The position numbers and the translations under genes are program-made. A stretch of 32,000 bases of DNA. Origin: Candidatus Electronema halotolerans. GTDB lineage: Bacteria; Desulfobacterota; Desulfobulbia; Desulfobulbales; Desulfobulbaceae. The DNA lies in the NCBI GenBank assembly GCA_942493095.1, contig OW818675.1, positions 1,980,001 to 2,012,000 of the forward strand, in the 5' to 3' direction. This document shows positions 16,868 through 26,285 of this stretch, one piece after another; within the stretch, counting starts at the first letter, position 1, and each line of letters begins with the position of its first letter. The notes beneath the pieces are model-generated. The model was not told where the DNA came from. It saw only the letters and a program-made list of their open reading frames with translations, and did no database searches.

Positions 16868-18676
16868 ATGGGCCTGCCATCTGTTTTCAGGGCAGGCCCT
16901 GTTTCTGTTGCTCAATTCCGATATATTGCTTTGTTTCATCTTGTTGGGCCGATTTTTCGCCGCTTCCGCCTGCGGCTCTGCTTTGGCATGGCCGCCCTGC
17001 TGGTCGTTGATCTGCTTCAACTCACCATTCCCCGGTATCTCAAGATCGGGGTGGATGAGCTGGAGCAGGGCACGGCAGACAGCCACAGACTGCTCCTGCT
17101 CTGCTGCTTCATCCTGCTCACCGCTGTAGTCGCGGCAGTGCTCAAATACTGCTGGCGCACCCTGCTGATCGGCTTTTCCCGGTATTTGGAGACCGACCTG
17201 CGCGAGCAGCTTTTCTCGCATGTGCTGGATATGGATCAATGTTTTCTCAACCGCCATCCGCCTGGCGAAATCATGGCCCATGCCGCCAATGACTTGGCAG
17301 CAGTGCAGATGGCCTTTGGCATGGGCCTGGCTGCTGCGGCTGACATTCTGGTCCTGACAGGAGCCTCGGTTCTGTTCATGCTCCACATCAGCCCGCCGCT
17401 GACCCTGACCACCCTTGCCCCGCTGCCGCTGCTGGCCGCCTGCGCCTGGCTGCTCTCTCGCGAGCTGCACAAACGCTTTGAGCAGGTGCAGGCTCAGTTC
17501 AGCCTGCTGACGGAATTTTCCCGCAACACCTTGGTGTCCATCCGCATGATCAAGGGCTGCACCAGAGAAGGGCAGCAGATTCGCGACTTTGACCGTCTGA
17601 GCAGAAAATACGTCCGCTCCAGTGTCAGCACAGCCGTGATGCAGGGCCTGCTCATGCCGGTCTCCGTGCTCACCGGCAGCGCGGCCATGCTCATCGCCCT
17701 CTATGTCGGCGGCAGAATGGTGATTGCCAATGTCATCACCTTGGGTGATTTTGTCGCCTTCACCACCTTTCTGTCCATGCTTTCCATGCCCTTGGTCATG
17801 GCAGGCTGGGTCACTGGCCTGCTCCGCCGGGGCCTGACTTCCTTGGCCCGAATCCACCGCCTCCTGACTGAGGAATCAGCCTTGGCCGCCAGCCTGCGGC
17901 CTGCCCCGCCAGGCACAGCCATCCTCCAGAGCCGCCCCCGCATTGCCCTGCGCCAGCTCAGTTTCACCTATCCCGGCGCAGCCGCTCCGGCCCTACAGAA
18001 GATTGAGCTGGAAATCGGCCCAGGAGTGCTGGGCATCACCGGCAGAACCGGATCCGGCAAGTCAACGCTGTGCAGCCTCTTGGTCCGGCTCTATCCTGTG
18101 CCTGACCAGAGCTTCATTTTTGCCGGGCATGATGTGAACCTGCTTGATCCGGCCCTGATCCGGGAGCAGATCAGCTATGCAGGCCGGACAGCCTCCCTCT
18201 TTTCCGGCACAGCGGCGGAGAACATCAGCTTGGCCAGACCAGAGGCTTCCTTGACGGAAATCAAGGCGGCAGCCAAGGCGGCGGCAGTGCATGAGGAAAT
18301 TTTGGCCATGCCGGACGGCTATCAGACCCGGCTGGGGGAAAGAGGGGTGCGGCTCTCTGGCGGCCAGAAGCAGCGGCTGGCCTTGGCCCGGGCCATTCTC
18401 AGCCACCGGCCCATCCTGATTGTTGATGACGGCCTGTCCTCCTTGGACGCGGACACCAGCCAGCAGGTCTTTGCCGCCCTGCGCGAGCGCATGACAGGCA
18501 AAACCTTGATTGTGGTCACGTATCAGGTCAGCCTCTTGGCTGCTGCTGATCATGTTCTGATCATGGAGCAGGGCCGGATTGCCGACCAGGGCAGCCATGC
18601 GCAGCTCTTGGCCCGCAACGCCTTTTATCAGGAGAGCACACGCGGTCAGCAGGACAGGAGACGGATTGGTGGGTAA
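16868..18676 (+). CDS. ABC exporter, fused TM/ATPase subunit, MdlA/YheI-like
   Basis: ABC transmembrane region followed by GITGRTGSGKST, LSGGQKQRLALARAIL, PILIVDDGLSSLDADTSQQ. Confidence 0.88.
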   Translation: MGLPSVFRAGPVSVAQFRYIALFHLVGPIFRRFRLRLCFGMAALLVVDLLQLTIPRYLKIGVDELEQGTADSHRLLLLCCFILLTAVVAAVLKYCWRTLLIGFSRYLETDLREQLFSHVLDMDQCFLNRHPPGEIMAHAANDLAAVQMAFGMGLAAAADILVLTGASVLFMLHISPPLTLTTLAPLPLLAACAWLLSRELHKRFEQVQAQFSLLTEFSRNTLVSIRMIKGCTREGQQIRDFDRLSRKYVRSSVSTAVMQGLLMPVSVLTGSAAMLIALYVGGRMVIANVITLGDFVAFTTFLSMLSMPLVMAGWVTGLLRRGLTSLARIHRLLTEESALAASLRPAPPGTAILQSRPRIALRQLSFTYPGAAAPALQKIELEIGPGVLGITGRTGSGKSTLCSLLVRLYPVPDQSFIFAGHDVNLLDPALIREQISYAGRTASLFSGTAAENISLARPEASLTEIKAAAKAAAVHEEILAMPDGYQTRLGERGVRLSGGQKQRLALARAILSHRPILIVDDGLSSLDADTSQQVFAALRERMTGKTLIVVTYQVSLLAAADHVLIMEQGRIADQGSHAQLLARNAFYQESTRGQQDRRRIGG

Positions 18677-18701
18677 TTTCGGCTATTTTGAAGAAGGCAA
18701 G

Positions 18702-20525
18702 ATGGGCCGGGTTTCCGACCTGCAGCTCTGGAAGCGGATTGCCGCCCGATGCCGGGACTACAGCAGCGGCATCGCCTGGAGCATGGTTCTTTCTCTCCTT
18801 GCCGCCGGAGCCACGCTGGTCCAGCCAAAACTGCTTCAGTTCGCCATTGACAGCAGCATGACCGGTCCGAAAAACGATCCGGCCTTTCTTTTGGACACGC
18901 TCGCCTTTGCCGCCCTGCTCTACGGCGGGGCCGTGATTGTCGTTTTTGGGGCCAGCTTTGCCCAGACCGTGCTGCTCGAATACATCAGCCAGTCAGTCAT
19001 GCACCAGCTCCGCTGCGGCCTGCACCGGCATCTGCTCTCCCTTGATCTGGCCTTTTTCCACGCCCACCCGGCAGGCCGCTTAGTGACCCGGCTGACCAAT
19101 GACATTCAGAACATGAGCGACATGTTCACCTTGGTCATGGCGACCTTGTTCAATGATCTGCTCAAGTTTTTCGGCATCTTGGTGATGCTTTTTCTCATCA
19201 ATGTCCGGCTGGCGCTGCTGATGGCCATTTTTCTGCCAGTGTCCTTAGCAGTCAGCATCTTTTTCTCTAAAATCGCCCGCAGCGGCTTCCGGGCCATCCG
19301 CAGCCAGCTCGCCGTGATCAACGCCTTTATTCAGGAAATGGTCTCCTCCTTGGCCATTGTTCATATTTACGGGCAAGAAAACGAGAATTTGCACCGCTTC
19401 CGCGCCCTCAACGAGGAGTATCTGCACCGCTGGCTGCACCTGATTCACTGCTTTGGCGCGTTCATGCCGCTGACCGAGCTGCTCACTTGGCTGGCTGTGG
19501 CAATCATCCTCTGGCAGGGCGGCGGCGAGGTCCTCAGCCAGCAGCTCACCTTGGGCGAACTGACCGCCTTTCTCGCCTACATGCGCCTCTTTTTTCAGCC
19601 CATGCTGGAACTGGCCCGCAAATACTCGGTGGTCCAGTCCGCCTTAGCCTCGGCAGAGCGCATTTTCGAGCTGCTCGACTTGTCCAGCAGCATGCAGGAA
19701 CCAGACCAGCCTTTGGACGGCAGCCTGATCCAAGGCGATATCCGCTTTGAGCAGGTCTGTTTCGGCTATCAGCAGGAGAACAGGCAGGGGCAGATGCAGG
19801 CGGCGGCCAAGGACACCCTGCGCGACATCACCTTGCATATTCAGGCCGGAGAAACTGTGGCCATCACCGGCCCGACCGGGGCAGGCAAATCCACCTTAGT
19901 CAGCCTCTTAGTCAGGTTCTATGAGCCAAGCGTGGGCCAAATTTTCTTGGATGGACACGACCTGCGTGAGTTCTCAGTCAAGACCCTGCGTGAGAAAATC
20001 GGTCTGGTTCTGCAGGATCCGCTGATTGAGCCGGACACCGTGCTGGCCAACATCCGCCAGGACACTGGGCTGGAACGCGCAGCCATTGAACAGCTTTTGC
20101 GCCGCACCGGCCTGACCGCCTTTATCAGCCGCCTGCCCGTGGGCTTGGACACCCGCATCGGCGAAGGCGGCCTTAATCTTTCTGCCGGGGAAAAACAGCT
20201 CCTTGCCTTTGCCAGAGTGCTCTGCCGCGACCCGGCCATTCTGATTTTGGACGAGGCCACCTCTTCGGTGGATACTGAGGCGGAACGGCTGCTGGAGCAG
20301 GCAGTGCGCACTGGTTTTGCCGACCGGACCGTGCTGGTGATCGCCCATCGTCTTTCCACGGTCCGCCGGGCAGACCGGATTGTCGTGCTGGATCAGGGCC
20401 GGATCGTTGAACAGGGCAGTCATGCGGAGCTGCTGCGGCAGCAGGGCCTGTATGCGGAACTGGTGCAGGCTGACCTGCGCGGGCAGACACAAGAAAAAGC
20501 ATGTCCTGCCAACCTTTTGCTCTGA
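18702..20525 (+). CDS. ABC exporter, fused TM/ATPase subunit, MdlB/YheH-like
   Basis: AITGPTGAGKSTLVSLLVRFYEP, LSAGEKQLLAFARVL, PAILILDEATSSVDTE; ATG at 18702 preceded by GAAGAAGG, 25 bp after upstream stop. Confidence 0.88.
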   Translation: MGRVSDLQLWKRIAARCRDYSSGIAWSMVLSLLAAGATLVQPKLLQFAIDSSMTGPKNDPAFLLDTLAFAALLYGGAVIVVFGASFAQTVLLEYISQSVMHQLRCGLHRHLLSLDLAFFHAHPAGRLVTRLTNDIQNMSDMFTLVMATLFNDLLKFFGILVMLFLINVRLALLMAIFLPVSLAVSIFFSKIARSGFRAIRSQLAVINAFIQEMVSSLAIVHIYGQENENLHRFRALNEEYLHRWLHLIHCFGAFMPLTELLTWLAVAIILWQGGGEVLSQQLTLGELTAFLAYMRLFFQPMLELARKYSVVQSALASAERIFELLDLSSSMQEPDQPLDGSLIQGDIRFEQVCFGYQQENRQGQMQAAAKDTLRDITLHIQAGETVAITGPTGAGKSTLVSLLVRFYEPSVGQIFLDGHDLREFSVKTLREKIGLVLQDPLIEPDTVLANIRQDTGLERAAIEQLLRRTGLTAFISRLPVGLDTRIGEGGLNLSAGEKQLLAFARVLCRDPAILILDEATSSVDTEAERLLEQAVRTGFADRTVLVIAHRLSTVRRADRIVVLDQGRIVEQGSHAELLRQQGLYAELVQADLRGQTQEKACPANLLL

Positions 20526-20539
20526 AACCAATTCACATC

Positions 20540-21856
20540 ATGGCACGATCATACATCATCACTGGCGGCAAGCCCATCCAAGGCGCAGTGCAAATCCTCG
20601 GCGCAAAAAATTTTGCCACCAAGGCAATGGTTGCTGCGGTTTTGACCGATGATCTGACAACCCTGCTCAATGCGCCGGACATTGGCGACATCGCCATCAC
20701 CGAAGACCTGCTGCGCGGCATTGGCGCGGATGTCTGCCGAACAGACGGTCCTGATGCCGGGGTGCTGAAGATTGATCCAGCAGCGGTCAATCAGCAGACA
20801 ATTCCGCTGCCAGATTCCGGCTCCAACCGCATTCCCATTCTCCTGATGGGCGCATTGCTGCACCGCTTCGAGGAGGTGAGCGCGCCGTTTGTCGCTGGCT
20901 GCAACATCGGCGGTCGTCCGGTTGATTTCCATCTCCAAGCCATGCGCCTATTCGGGGCGGAAGTGATTGTGACCGACACCGGCTACACAGCAGTGCGGCG
21001 CAGCCGTCTGCGCGCCTGCCATTACACCCTGCCCTATCCCAGCGTCGGCGCAACCGAATCTTGCATCCTGCTCGGCGTGCTCGCGGACGGCACCACAGTG
21101 ATTGCCAACTGCGCCCAAGAGCCGGAAATCATGGCCATGATCACCATGCTCAACGCGATGGGGGCGCGGATCAGCTTCAGCATGGACCGGACGCTGACTA
21201 TTCACGGCGTTGACCGGCTGCATGGCACGGTTTATCCGATCATCGGCGACCGGATAGAGGCGGCCTCATGGGCGGCTTTGGCAGCAGCCACGGACGGCGA
21301 GATCATTGTCAACGGCATTGCCCCTGAGATTTTGGCGAATTTTTTCGGCCACTTCAATGCCATCGGCGGCGGCGTGGAAGTGCTGGGCAGAGACTCGCTG
21401 CGTTTCTACAAACGCCAGCCCCTTGCTGCCACGTCCATAGAGACTGATGTCTATCCCGGCTTTGCCACTGACTGGCAGCAGCCGATCACTGCCCTGCTGA
21501 CCCAGGCAAACGGAATTTCCGTCATCCATGAAACCGTGTATGAGAACCGCTTCGGCTACACCCATGTTCTCAACCAGCTATGCGCGAATATTCAGGTGGT
21601 GAAATACTGTCTTGGTGGCATCCGCTGCCGCTTTGCCGGGCATGATCATCCGCACAGCGCGATCATCAGCGGCAGAACCAAGCTGCGCTCAGATGGGCTT
21701 GAAATTCCAATTCCCGACCTCCGGGCCGGGCTGGCCTACATCATGGCGGCCTGCATGGCTGACGGCGCAGTCAAGATCACCAATATTCATCTGCTGGAAC
21801 GCGGCTACGGCAACTTGGCCCAGCGCGCTCCTTTTCTTGAGATTGAGCCGGACTGA
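20540..21856 (+). CDS. murA: UDP-N-acetylglucosamine 1-carboxyvinyltransferase (somewhat divergent)
   Basis: YIITGGKPIQGAVQILGAKNFATKAM, AGCNIGGRPVDFHLQAM (active-site Cys context), ENRFGYTHVLNQL, DLRAGLAYIMAACMADG, LERGYGNL. Confidence 0.82.
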   Translation: MARSYIITGGKPIQGAVQILGAKNFATKAMVAAVLTDDLTTLLNAPDIGDIAITEDLLRGIGADVCRTDGPDAGVLKIDPAAVNQQTIPLPDSGSNRIPILLMGALLHRFEEVSAPFVAGCNIGGRPVDFHLQAMRLFGAEVIVTDTGYTAVRRSRLRACHYTLPYPSVGATESCILLGVLADGTTVIANCAQEPEIMAMITMLNAMGARISFSMDRTLTIHGVDRLHGTVYPIIGDRIEAASWAALAAATDGEIIVNGIAPEILANFFGHFNAIGGGVEVLGRDSLRFYKRQPLAATSIETDVYPGFATDWQQPITALLTQANGISVIHETVYENRFGYTHVLNQLCANIQVVKYCLGGIRCRFAGHDHPHSAIISGRTKLRSDGLEIPIPDLRAGLAYIMAACMADGAVKITNIHLLERGYGNLAQRAPFLEIEPD

Positions 21857-21937
21857 AACTGTCGGCGGCACCTTCTTTTGCAGTTCAGTGTCGATGGTGC
21901 TCATGGTTCACCAGCCGAAAAAAAAGCAGGAGCGGTT

Positions 21938-21962
21938 CAGGCAAGGCTGCCTGACTCTTTTT
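21938..21962 (+). terminator. Rho-independent terminator after murA
   Basis: CAGGCA-AGGC-TGCCTG then ACTCTTTTT. Confidence 0.6.
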
Positions 21963-21985
21963 CACCGCCGGAAAAGTTTTTTTGC

Positions 21986-22013
21986 TTGACTTCCTGTTTA
22001 TCCATCCTATACT
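21986..22013 (+). promoter_or_regulatory. Sigma70-type promoter for sat
   Basis: TTGACT (21986-21991), 16-nt spacer, TATACT (22008-22013), about 97 bp before the sat ATG. Confidence 0.6.
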
Positions 22014-22110
22014 TATATATTTTTACAGGCCGTGATTTGTTTTGCGGCACATTCGCCTCAACTTGAAAAAATAAAAAACAACCATTACTTAACGCAACGA
22101 GGAAGGAATT

Positions 22111-23391
22111 ATGTCTAAGCTGGTAGCCCCCCACGGCGGCAAAGGTCTGGTCTGCGCCCTGCTTCACGGCAGTGAGCTGGCAGCGGAGAAGGAAAAAGCA
22201 GCTGGCCTGAAAAAAGTTCAGGTCAGTGCCCGCGCCAAAGGCGACCTGATCATGATGGGCATTGGCGGCTTTTCTCCGTTAGACGGCTTCATGAACAAAG
22301 CGGACTGGAAGAGCGTCTGTGAGAATTTCCAGCTCGCTGACGGCACCTTCTGGCCAGTGCCGATCACCTTGGATGTGTCCAAGAACGATGCCAACGGCAT
22401 CACCACTGGCGACGAGATCGCTCTTGAGGCTGACGGCGAGATCATCGCCACCATGAAGGTCACAGAGAAGTATGACATGACCGAGGCTGACAAAAAGTGG
22501 GAGTGCGAGAAGGTCTTCATGGGATCCGGCGCAGACTCGATTGACGGCAAGTTCTGGCAGGTTGCCCCGGAAGATCATCCCGGCGTGATCATGGTCATGA
22601 ACCAGAAAGACGTGAATCTGGCCGGGTCAGTGAAAGTGCTTTCTCAGGGCAATTACCCGACCGAGTATCCGGGCGTGTATCTGACCCCGGCTGAGACCCG
22701 CGCCATGTTTGAGGAGCGCGGCTGGGCCAAGGTCGCCGCTCTCCAGCTCCGCAACCCGATGCACCGCTCGCATGAGTTCTTAGCCAAGATCGCCATTGAG
22801 GTCTGCGATGGCGTGCTGATTCACTCCCTGATCGGCAACCTGAAGCCGGGCGACATTCCTGCCCCGGTGCGGGTCAAGGCCATTGAGATTCTGATTGACA
22901 ACTACTTTGTCAAAGACAACGTCATCAATGCAGGCTATCCGCTTGACATGCGCTATGCCGGTCCGCGTGAGGCCCTGCTTCATGCCACCTTCCGCCAGAA
23001 CTACGGCATCACCGACATGCTGATTGGTCGTGATCATGCCGGCGTGGGCGACTTCTACGGCCTGTTCGAGGCTCAGGAAATCTTTGATCGCATCCCGACC
23101 ACCGGCATTGCTGGCAAAGACCTGCTCTGCAAGCCGATGAAGATTGACTGGACCTTCTACTGCCACAAGTGCGACGGCATGGCTTCCCTGCGCACCTGCA
23201 ACCACACCAAGGAAGACCGCGTCATCCTCTCCGGCACCAAGCTGCGCAAGGCCCTGTCCGAGGGAGCCGAAGTTGTTGATCACTTTGGCCGCGAGGAAGT
23301 TCTGGAGCACCTGCGCAAATACTACGGCAGCCTGACCGAGAAGGTTGAGGTCAAGATGCAGGGTGCCGCTTCCGGCGCAGACATGAAGTAA
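22111..23391 (+). CDS. sat: Sulfate adenylyltransferase (ATP sulfurylase), dissimilatory type
   Basis: [101 protein letters not shown]. Confidence 0.97.
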   Translation: MSKLVAPHGGKGLVCALLHGSELAAEKEKAAGLKKVQVSARAKGDLIMMGIGGFSPLDGFMNKADWKSVCENFQLADGTFWPVPITLDVSKNDANGITTGDEIALEADGEIIATMKVTEKYDMTEADKKWECEKVFMGSGADSIDGKFWQVAPEDHPGVIMVMNQKDVNLAGSVKVLSQGNYPTEYPGVYLTPAETRAMFEERGWAKVAALQLRNPMHRSHEFLAKIAIEVCDGVLIHSLIGNLKPGDIPAPVRVKAIEILIDNYFVKDNVINAGYPLDMRYAGPREALLHATFRQNYGITDMLIGRDHAGVGDFYGLFEAQEIFDRIPTTGIAGKDLLCKPMKIDWTFYCHKCDGMASLRTCNHTKEDRVILSGTKLRKALSEGAEVVDHFGREEVLEHLRKYYGSLTEKVEVKMQGAASGADMK

Positions 23392-23415
23392 GAGGTATTT
23401 TTTTACTGCGCTGCC

Positions 23416-23446
23416 AAGGAGATGCTTATAGCATCTCCTTTTTTTA
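23416..23446 (+). terminator. Rho-independent terminator after sat
   Basis: AAGGAGATGC-TTATA-GCATCTCCTT followed by TTTTT. Confidence 0.9.
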
Positions 23447-23855
23447 TTGCCGCCTCGCCTTCGGGCCGGGCAGCCGGAAATAAAAAAACCGGCTTTTTCT
23501 GGGATGGAAAGAGCCGGCACAAAAAAAGAAGAGATGAAGAACACCTTGTTTTATGCAATGGCCATGCCGTTTCTGTACGGATACGGTAATTGCATAAAAT
23601 AAATAGATAAAAAATAAACTACAGGCGTTCACTCCTCTTTTGACAATACAGTTTTTTTGATAATCAAGCAGTTGTTTTCCCCTTGTTTTCGTGAGATAAT
23701 AGTCTTATTGGCCGCTCTGTCGGCCTGAGCAGGCCGTATTCAATATTTAGCTGGAAATATCATTTTTTTGCTTTCAGTCAGTTCGAGAGCAAACCAGCCG
23801 CATCTTGCGCACTGCGCTGCTGGCCGTTCCTTCATTTTTTCCCGGAGAAAAGCTC

Positions 23856-25055
23856 ATGCCAACTTGTCCGATCCATATTATGAACGCCATTTCTGCGGAA
23901 GGACTGGCTTTGTTTGGCCTCAACTTCACGCTGGATGCTGCTCAGGCTGAGGCGCAGGGCTTGCTGGTGCGCAGCTCGCCCGTGGCCTTGGCTGATTTTC
24001 CCCGGCTGGAGGCGATTGCCAGAGCCGGGGCCGGGGTCAACAATATTCCAGTGGATGAAGCTACAGAAAAAGGCATCTGCGTTTTCAACACACCGGGGGC
24101 CAATGCCAACGCCGTGGTGGAGCTGGTATTCACCATGCTGGGGATATGGCTCCGTCATGTCCATCAGGGCATGAATTTTTGCCAAGGTCTGAGCGGTCTG
24201 ACCGGAACTGCCCTCCATGCGGAAGTTGAAGCCCGCAAGAAAATGTTCCGGGGCCAGGAGCTGGCCGACAAGACCTTGGGCATCATCGGACTGGGCCAGA
24301 TCGGGGTGCGGGCCGCCAATATGGGCGTGCATCACAACATGCGGGTGCTGGGTTATGACCCCTATCCGGTTTTGGACAACATCCACCGCCTGCTGCCAGA
24401 TGTGAAGCTGGCCCAGTCGCGACAGGAGGTGCTGGCCCAGGCTGATTACGTCTCCCTGCATGTGCCGCTCAACCGGAGCACAGCCGGGTCTGTCTCCACC
24501 GCGTTTCTCAGCAGGATGAAACAAGGCGCAGTGCTGCTCAATTATGCGCGGGGGCCAATTGCGGATGACGAGGCAGTGCTCAGTGCCCTTGACTCTGGCC
24601 AGCTTGCCGCTTATCTGTCCGACTTCCCGACCGAGAAGCTGCTTGGCCACGAGAACGTCCTCTTCACGCCCCATCTCGGTGCCTCGACCTCAGAATCTGA
24701 GGAGCAGTGCGCGGCAATGGCGGTGCGGGAGCTGAAAAATTATCTTGAATATGGCACAGTCACTCACAGTGTCAATTTTCCCAATGTGGAGAGCATCCCG
24801 GCAGCAGGCAGCCATGCCCGCCTGATCATGATCAACCGCGATCAGCCGGGCATGATCGGTCTGGCCAGCAATATACTTGGCAGGCACAAGATCAACATCA
24901 TGAGTTACACCAACAAGAGCAACGGCAGCATTGGCTACAATATCATTGACACAGAAAATCCAGTGCCGTCGGCGGTGCGGGAGGAAATTGAGGCGGTGGA
25001 AGGGGTGATCCGGGTGCGGATCATTTCCTTGCAGACGCAGGCGGAAGCAGCTTGA
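23856..25055 (+). CDS. serA: D-3-phosphoglycerate dehydrogenase with C-terminal ACT-like domain
   Basis: LVRSSPVALADFPRLEAIARAGAGVNNIPVDEATEKGICVFNTPGANANAVVEL, LGIIGLGQIGVRAA, LLNYARGPIADDEAV, INRDQPGMIG; GGAG SD upstream of ATG 23856. Confidence 0.88.
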   Translation: MPTCPIHIMNAISAEGLALFGLNFTLDAAQAEAQGLLVRSSPVALADFPRLEAIARAGAGVNNIPVDEATEKGICVFNTPGANANAVVELVFTMLGIWLRHVHQGMNFCQGLSGLTGTALHAEVEARKKMFRGQELADKTLGIIGLGQIGVRAANMGVHHNMRVLGYDPYPVLDNIHRLLPDVKLAQSRQEVLAQADYVSLHVPLNRSTAGSVSTAFLSRMKQGAVLLNYARGPIADDEAVLSALDSGQLAAYLSDFPTEKLLGHENVLFTPHLGASTSESEEQCAAMAVRELKNYLEYGTVTHSVNFPNVESIPAAGSHARLIMINRDQPGMIGLASNILGRHKINIMSYTNKSNGSIGYNIIDTENPVPSAVREEIEAVEGVIRVRIISLQTQAEAA

Positions 25056-26221
25056 ACACCACGAAAAACATCCTCATTGTTGCCGGAGAGGCCTCCGGCG
25101 ACATGCACGGGGCCAATTTGGTCGCGGCCATGCAGCGGCTTCAGCCCGGCCTGCGTTTCTCCGGCATTGGCGGCAGGGAGCTGGCCGCTGCAGGCGTGGA
25201 GCTGCTTTTTGACGCGGCAAAGATCGCAGTGGTGGGCCTGACCGAGATTCTCAGCCATTTCAGCGAAATACTTGCGGCCAGAAAAGCGGTCATCCGCCGG
25301 ATGCAACAGGAAAAGCCTGCCCTGCTGATCCTGATTGATTACCCGGATTTCAACCTCCTCCTTGCCGCCCAGGCCAAGAAGCTCGGCATTCCGGTTTTTT
25401 ACTACATCAGTCCGCAGGTCTGGGCATGGCGCAGCAGCCGGGTCAAGAAGATCGGCAGACTGACAGAACGGGTGGCGGTCATCCTCCCGTTTGAAAAGGA
25501 TTTTTATGCCCAGCGCGGTGTGGATGTGGATTTTGTCGGCCACCCGCTGGCAGACACAGTGCGGCCTGAGCAGCTTCTCAGCCGGGCAGCATTTTTCCAA
25601 GCGCATGACCTGCCGCTTGCGCCAGCAGGCCGGGTCATCGGCTTGCTGCCAGGAAGCCGGGCCAAAGAAATCCGCAGTCTGCTGCCAGACTTCCTTGCTG
25701 CGGCGGAACTGCTTGCTCAAGACAAGACGCAGAACTGGCTTTTCCTTCTGCCCCGCGCCGCCACTGTGCCGCAGGAGCTGCTTTTGGAAAACGGCTTGGC
25801 TGATGCCCAAAAAAAGCTCAATATCCGCATGATTGAAAACGACCGCCATGCGCTGATGGCAGCCTGCGATGCTGCTGCCGCCGCCTCTGGCACGGTCACG
25901 TTGGAGCTGGCCATGCTCGGCATTCCGGCAGTGGCCACCTACCGGGTCTCGCCGCTGACCTACCGGCTGGGCCGCCTGCTTGTCCGCCATCTCCGCCATT
26001 TTTCCTTAGTCAATCTGATTGCTGGCCGCGAGGTCATCCCGGAGCTGCTGCAAGACAAGGTCAGGCCGGAGGCACTTGCCCAGCATCTGCGCCTGCTGCT
26101 GGAAGAAAGTGAGTATCGTCACAGGGTTTTGGACGGCTTGACCGAAGTGACAGAGAAGCTCGGCCCGTCCGGCTGCGCGGAACGGGCGGCAAAAATCGCT
26201 CTGTCCTGCATGGCAAGATGA
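25052..26221 (+). CDS. lpxB: Lipid-A-disaccharide synthase
   Basis: NILIVAGEASGDMHGANLV, FSGIGGRELAAAG, YYISPQVWAWRSSRVKKI, DFVGHPLADTV, LLPGSRAKEI. TTG start overlaps the serA stop (TTGA). Confidence 0.93.
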   Translation: MNTTKNILIVAGEASGDMHGANLVAAMQRLQPGLRFSGIGGRELAAAGVELLFDAAKIAVVGLTEILSHFSEILAARKAVIRRMQQEKPALLILIDYPDFNLLLAAQAKKLGIPVFYYISPQVWAWRSSRVKKIGRLTERVAVILPFEKDFYAQRGVDVDFVGHPLADTVRPEQLLSRAAFFQAHDLPLAPAGRVIGLLPGSRAKEIRSLLPDFLAAAELLAQDKTQNWLFLLPRAATVPQELLLENGLADAQKKLNIRMIENDRHALMAACDAAAAASGTVTLELAMLGIPAVATYRVSPLTYRLGRLLVRHLRHFSLVNLIAGREVIPELLQDKVRPEALAQHLRLLLEESEYRHRVLDGLTEVTEKLGPSGCAERAAKIALSCMAR

Positions 26222-26285
26222 TGGTTGCAAGCACCAGTTCCGGGCAAGGGCAGGACTAAGAGCATCTGCCGGTTTTCCTCATCAA

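Noticed and set aside
16805-17857. 350-aa minus-strand ORF rich in Gln/His/Gly
   Set aside because: Antisense to the MdlA-like ABC subunit; composition typical of a shadow frame in GC-rich coding DNA.
24935-25999. 354-aa minus-strand ORF over lpxB
   Set aside because: Antisense to lpxB with no recognisable motifs.
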